From NCBI GenBank assembly GCA_016861265.1, contig BOLA01000001.1, forward strand, positions 934,150-998,149: a stretch of DNA of 64,000 nt, written 5' to 3'. The notes beneath the pieces were generated by a model that was given only the letters and a program-made list of their open reading frames with translations, was not told the DNA's origin and made no database searches. Of the stretch, positions 58,972 through 64,000 are shown piece by piece; positions within the stretch are counted from its first letter, which is position 1, and each line of letters begins with the position of its first letter. Made by a program: the position numbers and the translations under genes. The stretch comes from Patescibacteria group bacterium (GTDB lineage Bacteria > Patescibacteriota > Dojkabacteria > J137).

Positions 58972-59475
58972 TTATGCTTCTAGAGTTTCTTCTAGCATGT
59001 AGCTGCCTAAATTCATTTGTATCGAATAGTTATTAAGAACTTCGAGTGCTGTAAAATATGGCTGTGAATAATCGATTCCATTGCGTCTGCTGTCTTTTAT
59101 AAGAAATTGAAAGAATATTCTAGATAGTTGGTACATTGATTGTTGTGTTACTACAATCCTGTATTCCTCCGCTTTAAGATCGTCACTTGTGTAATAGGGG
59201 CCATTATAGTTAGGAATTTCTGCGTAAATATTGTTTTCTTCTATGCATTCTAATAGAAATCGAATGTGTTCCATAATTTCTGCAATTAAATCAATTGCCC
59301 TACTCTGAGGATTAGATTCGGAAAATTGTGTATTTAAGTGGTTTGGTCCAAAGATACCGGCAACAATTCCTATTAATTCGGCTTCCATTCTTACAATTGT
59401 AGCAGTGTTTAATGAATATTCCGGCGATGAAGGGGTACGTTTAAACCCAAGAAGATTGAGTACACTCATTAGCAA
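58972..59475 (-). CDS. Hypothetical protein
   Basis: 167-aa ORF, no recognised motif. Confidence 0.55.
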   Translation of the reverse strand: MLMSVLNLLGFKRTPSSPEYSLNTATIVRMEAELIGIVAGIFGPNHLNTQFSESNPQSRAIDLIAEIMEHIRFLLECIEENNIYAEIPNYNGPYYTSDDLKAEEYRIVVTQQSMYQLSRIFFQFLIKDSRRNGIDYSQPYFTALEVLNNYSIQMNLGSYMLEETLEA

Positions 59476-59539
59476 AATTTAACAAACAGGTTCAAAGGCA
59501 CTGTAGCAGAATATGTTTTGTTATGGAACCCTAAAAATA

Positions 59540-60145
59540 TTACTGACTAATGGGAAGATTGGTGGTAGTCAGGTATTTGTGTAGCTGTTCTTCTAAGTTC
59601 CAGAGTGCTTTTCGTGGTGATTCAATATCGTATAAGTAATAATATTCATAATCTACAATATCTATTATTGTGCTGATTAAATCTGTAAATTCATAAACAA
59701 CAATTTTGGTATAGTTATTACTAAAAGAAATTGTATTTACTAACTCAATAAGATAATGTTCACTCATTCCATCTTTTAAATATTCTTTTATAAGAAAATT
59801 TAATGTTTGTGTATATTCTTGTTTGAATGTATTCTGATTTTCAAATCTCATATTTTTGATTTCTTGATAAAGAAATTTTGTAGATCTTTCTTGTGTTGGC
59901 TCGACTTTTATATTTTCTAAGTAAGGCCAAATTTTTAATCTAATTTCTTCTATTTTTTTATAATCATGGTTATTAACCACGCTGGATTGTGTTAATAGTT
60001 CAAGAATATTCTTTAAATTCTTATCTGCAATATTTTGATTTAAATGACCATGAGCAATAGTAATAATATCGGATCTGCTTAGCTGTCCAATATAATATTT
60101 TTTTAGGTTTTGTTGAATTTCTTTAGTATTCTTCATCATTTTCAC
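59540..60145 (-). CDS. Hypothetical protein
   Basis: Very AT-rich 201-aa ORF overlapping 60123-60437. Confidence 0.55.
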   Translation of the reverse strand: MKMMKNTKEIQQNLKKYYIGQLSRSDIITIAHGHLNQNIADKNLKNILELLTQSSVVNNHDYKKIEEIRLKIWPYLENIKVEPTQERSTKFLYQEIKNMRFENQNTFKQEYTQTLNFLIKEYLKDGMSEHYLIELVNTISFSNNYTKIVVYEFTDLISTIIDIVDYEYYYLYDIESPRKALWNLEEQLHKYLTTTNLPISQ

Positions 60146-60437
60146 CGTGAATATATGTTGGAATACTTAAAGTTTGGGAAAATTCTTTTAACAATTCTAA
60201 AATATATGTGTCGTAGTGGGTAATAACCAAGTTTTGGGAATATATTAGCTTAATTGAAACTTCTTTCCTCTTTGCAATCAATACCCCACCTTTTATTACT
60301 TGGCTATTAGTTGAATCTAAATAATTAGTTTCTTTCAAGATTTTAAAGTCTTTCTGACGAAAGAAATTTTCAAATTCTTCAGGTGATAATTGGTTATCCT
60401 CAAACTCTGGTTTTAAAAAGATTAAGTATTTGTCCAT
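60123..60437 (-). CDS. Hypothetical protein
   Basis: 104-aa ORF. Confidence 0.55.
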   Translation of the reverse strand: MDKYLIFLKPEFEDNQLSPEEFENFFRQKDFKILKETNYLDSTNSQVIKGGVLIAKRKEVSIKLIYSQNLVITHYDTYILELLKEFSQTLSIPTYIHGENDEEY

Positions 60438-60493
60438 AACTGATTATATTACAGATATTAGTTGCGAAGGAGTTTCTCCGCAACTAATTTTGG

Positions 60494-60763
60494 CTATTGA
60501 CCGGTCAGGCGGGTGAAAAGATCCCCGTATTCCGCAGGGTTGGGTTCGTTGGTGGACTTTTCGGTGGACGAAGTTGCAGGGCGATCAGTGAGTTCGCCAC
60601 TTGCCCTAGCATCCTCACGTGCCTGATGCCACGCTTCCGAAACTTCCTTCCCGGATGAGTTTGTCCCCTTCATTGCATCGACTTTGTCGTACTTATTACC
60701 GGGGACATATCCTGCATCACGCAGTACCTTTTCGTCCGAATCTTTACCTTTCGGGTCTGCCAT
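60494..60763 (-). CDS. GC-richer hydrophilic orphan protein
   Basis: GGAGGT SD; bulged palindrome at 60457-60488. Confidence 0.75.
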   Translation of the reverse strand: MADPKGKDSDEKVLRDAGYVPGNKYDKVDAMKGTNSSGKEVSEAWHQAREDARASGELTDRPATSSTEKSTNEPNPAEYGDLFTRLTGQ

Positions 60764-60906
60764 CTTGCACCTCCGTGCAACTTTTAAGAACCTCCTAGCA
60801 TTGGCATAGGATTAGTAGGAGTTTATCTTCTTAAAGTATTACAGGCATTGTAATGGGATACAAAAACCTAAGGATATTTTTTAATAATTGGGTAGTGGTG
60901 TCCATT

Positions 60907-61587
60907 TCATTGAGTGAAATACAATAAGATCTTTTGCATTGCACCAATACAATCCTCAATAGGTATAGGGACTCTTGTATTCTTCTTATTATGAACGTAA
61001 ATACTTCCAATAGAAATTTTAAAATCATTTAGTTCGTCTTTTGTTAAAATTTTATTTTCTATAATTCGATCTTTTAATTGATTTTCATTTTCTAGGCCTA
61101 GTTCCATTTGCAATGCTTCCCAAGATAGTCTTAGCCATATTGCTATTGTCCTGGGATTCTTTTCTGAAGTTTCGTTATGCTGAAGTGCTGTGTTAAAACA
61201 CGTAAGCGATTGAACATGGGTAAGTTCATTAGTACTATTTATTTTTATAGGAGCTGCACCACTTATACTAAATCCTATGTCTATTGCTGCTTTTCCAGTG
61301 ATTGTTTTTCTATTTAAATCCTCCCAAACATACGTATTATTATATATGTATGTTGAACTAACCCTTGCTTTAAGCGTATTTGTAAATGCGATAGACTCTG
61401 TTATTCTTCGAGAGTAGTCTAATGCTTCACCAAGATTGAAATTTGTATTATCAAATACGCATTCAACTTCAATTTGATTCTTAGTAATTTGCTTTACACA
61501 CACAACTATCCCATTATGTATATATCGATTAGGAACAGATTTAATTAATCCATATTTGAAAGTAATTGTAGAAGTTGTCTTTTTCAT
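60907..61587 (-). CDS. Hypothetical protein
   Basis: 226-aa ORF downstream of the Nudix gene. Confidence 0.6.
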   Translation of the reverse strand: MKKTTSTITFKYGLIKSVPNRYIHNGIVVCVKQITKNQIEVECVFDNTNFNLGEALDYSRRITESIAFTNTLKARVSSTYIYNNTYVWEDLNRKTITGKAAIDIGFSISGAAPIKINSTNELTHVQSLTCFNTALQHNETSEKNPRTIAIWLRLSWEALQMELGLENENQLKDRIIENKILTKDELNDFKISIGSIYVHNKKNTRVPIPIEDCIGAMQKILLYFTQ

Positions 61588-61602
61588 TACTGGGAGATAT
61601 TT

Positions 61603-62088
61603 TTATATATTACTTATAATACTCTTGACCTCCTCGGCTCCATCTGTTTTTAACCAGGATATTACATTAAAAAATTCTTCCATTGTAAAGAAGTTGACGT
61701 ACTTAATTTTATCGTCTTCTTTTTCGGTATCTCTTTCGTGAGGAGCTAAATTGTATTCGCTACTATTCTTATTTAGTTTTAGTAAAAATCTTAATTGAAG
61801 GTAAGTTTGATTATCTTCAATTACAGTATAGTAACCTACAAATTGAATATCTTTTATGTCTGATTCTGTTAATTCAATTCCTGTTTCTTCGTACATTTCT
61901 CGAATTATTGTTTGATTAATACTCTCCCCTTTTTCTGGATGACCACCTGGTTGATGATACTTTTGATTACCTTTAGCTACTAATACATACTTGTTGTCTA
62001 AAGATAAAGCCCAGATGTATACTTGGCGGATTTCTACGTTTAGTTGAAGGTCTAATATGTTGTGGGAGATGGTGTAGGTTGAGGACAT
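61603..62088 (-). CDS. Nudix hydrolase
   Basis: PGGHPEKGESINQTIIREMYEETGI Nudix box. Confidence 0.92.
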   Translation of the reverse strand: MSSTYTISHNILDLQLNVEIRQVYIWALSLDNKYVLVAKGNQKYHQPGGHPEKGESINQTIIREMYEETGIELTESDIKDIQFVGYYTVIEDNQTYLQLRFLLKLNKNSSEYNLAPHERDTEKEDDKIKYVNFFTMEEFFNVISWLKTDGAEEVKSIISNI

Positions 62089-62099
62089 TTAAGCTTTAA

Positions 62100-62513
62100 T
62101 TAAAAAAAGTTAGTTGAAGTTATTACAGTTACATTGTAATCCTTAAAAGTAGTATTCAGAAATATTGTCAAATTCCTATCATCTGATATTACCACAATAG
62201 GATCGATACCTAAGCTTAACTGCTCATTATTAATAAGAGTTTTTACTAATGCTAGAAGCGAAACATCTCCAAGTCCACGTTGTTTAGACAAAGAGAAGTG
62301 TGGATATGTATTTAGAAAAAATTTAAAACTCTCAAGATAGTTTTTAAGATCAAAATCCTCCTTTGAGGTCGCGTCAATGAAATTCGAACTCAAATTCATT
62401 AATGCTTTTACTTCAAATTCTTCTCTAACCTCTGGAGTTATAAAGCAATCTTCAGAGTAATTAATTTTATTACTTTCTAAATATATTAAACCAGTATTAT
62501 CTATTATTGTCAT
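62100..62513 (-). CDS. PIN-domain protein
   Basis: IIDN, ITPEVREE, GDVSLLAL and VISDDR acidic motifs. Confidence 0.75.
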   Translation of the reverse strand: MTIIDNTGLIYLESNKINYSEDCFITPEVREEFEVKALMNLSSNFIDATSKEDFDLKNYLESFKFFLNTYPHFSLSKQRGLGDVSLLALVKTLINNEQLSLGIDPIVVISDDRNLTIFLNTTFKDYNVTVITSTNFF

Positions 62514-63709
62514 AAGTTATTACTGCTTATATACTCTTTAAAGCCTTTTTTATTTATTCGACCAAACAGTAGGTATTGAGCTTGAATATTACTGAGTGAT
62601 TTATTCTTAAGAGCATCATTAATACCTTCAACTGTTTTACTTCCATTAAATTTTCTAATCGAATAGTTAATTGGTTGGGACCGACCGTTTTGGGGAGTAA
62701 GTATTTTGGCAATCTCTGGTTGCAGATTTAAAAATTCTTCTTGAGTTATTACTCCCCTTTTTCTTAGAATCACTATTACAGCAGTGGCTGTTAATTTATA
62801 AGACTTTGCTAATTCATCTCTTATGTCTTTAGTTATAGAAATTCCAATAAATTTATTTGTAATCTCTATTGGTAAAAGAAATTCACCTACTATATCATGT
62901 ATGAAGTTTTCTTCCTTTGTTGAGGATAATGCTTCAGCTGTTAAATCTCTTTTGATTAAGTAGTCATAACTGTCTAAGCCTATTAATACTAATAGATAGA
63001 TAAGTGTATAAATTTGCCTACCTTCTCGTTCGTTAGGATTTAATTCACTAGGTAAAAAAATAAAAGGTATAATTTCATCTTTTAATACAAACCCACTAGT
63101 ATTTCTATAAATTTCTTTACAGCTATTTATAATAGGTAAGATTTTATTGTTATCAAAAACTCCTTGGCATACATTGATGTTTTTATTTTCGATTAATCTT
63201 ATTAAGTAATATAAGGCATTCTTCTTATTTAGGCGCTTAAATTCACTTGTCGAAAATTCAAAATATTTTTTTATTTCATCAGCTGCTTTTAGCTCAGTTT
63301 TATTTTTAAGTAAACCTATAAACCTATTTTTGAGTTCATCTGAGTTTTCTGATAGAAAGTTTTGACAACGTATTAACCTATCTATAATTCTTTTTGAAGT
63401 TATTTCTCCTTCGCCAAGTCTCTTTGAAAAAAAAGTTGGTGTTAGTTTAACCTTTCTTAATTCTTCTATTCTCAATAATTCCTTTTCAAGTAAAGAAGGT
63501 GTTAATAAAAAATAATACCATGGAATTAATATTTTATTACATTCATTTATTAAATCATTATAATCGATTCTATTTTCTTGCAATGCACTTGCCAAAATGG
63601 GTCTTTGCTCTAAATTTTCTTCCGGATATAGATTTAATATTTTATGAAAAACATCTAGATCAATATTCGTAGCTTTAGTTCGTTTTACTTGTAACTCAAT
63701 TGTACTCAT
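62510..63709 (-). CDS. XRE-HTH plus ImmA/IrrE-like protein lacking the HExxH motif
   Basis: IPWYYFLL, SGFVL.D...PFIFL, RQIYTLIYLLVLI (in place of FTLxHExxH), E......GEFLLP, LA..YKLT..AV...L...G.I. Confidence 0.65.
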   Translation of the reverse strand: MSTIELQVKRTKATNIDLDVFHKILNLYPEENLEQRPILASALQENRIDYNDLINECNKILIPWYYFLLTPSLLEKELLRIEELRKVKLTPTFFSKRLGEGEITSKRIIDRLIRCQNFLSENSDELKNRFIGLLKNKTELKAADEIKKYFEFSTSEFKRLNKKNALYYLIRLIENKNINVCQGVFDNNKILPIINSCKEIYRNTSGFVLKDEIIPFIFLPSELNPNEREGRQIYTLIYLLVLIGLDSYDYLIKRDLTAEALSSTKEENFIHDIVGEFLLPIEITNKFIGISITKDIRDELAKSYKLTATAVIVILRKRGVITQEEFLNLQPEIAKILTPQNGRSQPINYSIRKFNGSKTVEGINDALKNKSLSNIQAQYLLFGRINKKGFKEYISSNNL

Positions 63710-64000
63710 TGAAATATATATAACAACCTTTCACCCCTCTAGTCATAAGCGTCCTATAGGTGTTTTTTATAATTGCATCTGCCTTTTGTTTTGCAAGTTC
63801 AGGATTTTCTTTTAACAATTTTTTATAACCTTTAATTGAAGCATCCATTTTTGACCTTTTAATAGGGTCTGTAATGACTTCTCCATTTTCTATTCTTAGA
63901 TCAGGTCCAATAATTACTCCTATATAATCTAATTCAAGCCCTTGGCAAGTATGTATACAACCTACTTCGTTAACTGATGTAGGGTACACGCTCCACAGTC
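63696..64000 (-). CDS. DUF2075 (Schlafen group 3 helicase-like) C-terminal part, runs off the window
   Basis: VGCIHTCQGLELDYIGVIIGPDL...IKNTYRTLMTRG.KGCYIY. Confidence 0.85.
   Translation of the reverse strand, partial: LWSVYPTSVNEVGCIHTCQGLELDYIGVIIGPDLRIENGEVITDPIKRSKMDASIKGYKKLLKENPELAKQKADAIIKNTYRTLMTRGVKGCYIYFNEYN

Noticed and set aside
1-64000. CRISPR array, rRNA, IS/transposase or prophage
   Set aside because: No regularly spaced direct repeats, rRNA-like sequence, transposase or phage structural motifs seen.
1-64000. Alternative genetic code (TGA read as Gly or Trp)
   Set aside because: Conserved genes translate full length under code 11, and TGA ends genes cleanly (e.g. 39738, 56141).

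Overview
AT-rich (~30% GC by eye), gene-dense bacterial chromosome segment in the standard genetic code. Gene content and the general lack of Shine-Dalgarno (SD) sites suggest a Patescibacteria/CPR genome (inference). The backbone includes pth, folD, an HtrA protease, a Xer-type recombinase, glyA, membrane glycosyltransferases, a sortase, gmk, a general-stress plus two-component cluster, recX, a CobW GTPase, pcm, miaA, ssb, a DEAD-box helicase, tRNA-Glu(TTC) and tRNA-Gly(CCC). The most striking unexplained pattern is about 13 dispersed single-gene units. Each typically has a sigma70-type promoter, a strong SD (rare in the conserved genes), a GC-richer orphan ORF and a near-perfect palindrome without a U-tract, often with a GCG(G)RA core. 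Three units sit in tandem inside a split DNA-repair operon, one is ~60% GC with a boxA-bearing structured leader, and several form small paralog families. Other candidates are a ~450-nt highly structured RNA of no family I recognise (56250-56705, minus strand), two further structured RNAs, a tandem Myb/SANT-like protein, a sortase with a tiny Cys-rich substrate, and a defence-like operon at the right end (DUF2075 helicase, HExxH-less IrrE/ImmA-like protein, PIN nuclease). All family calls are from motif recognition by eye, not database searches.
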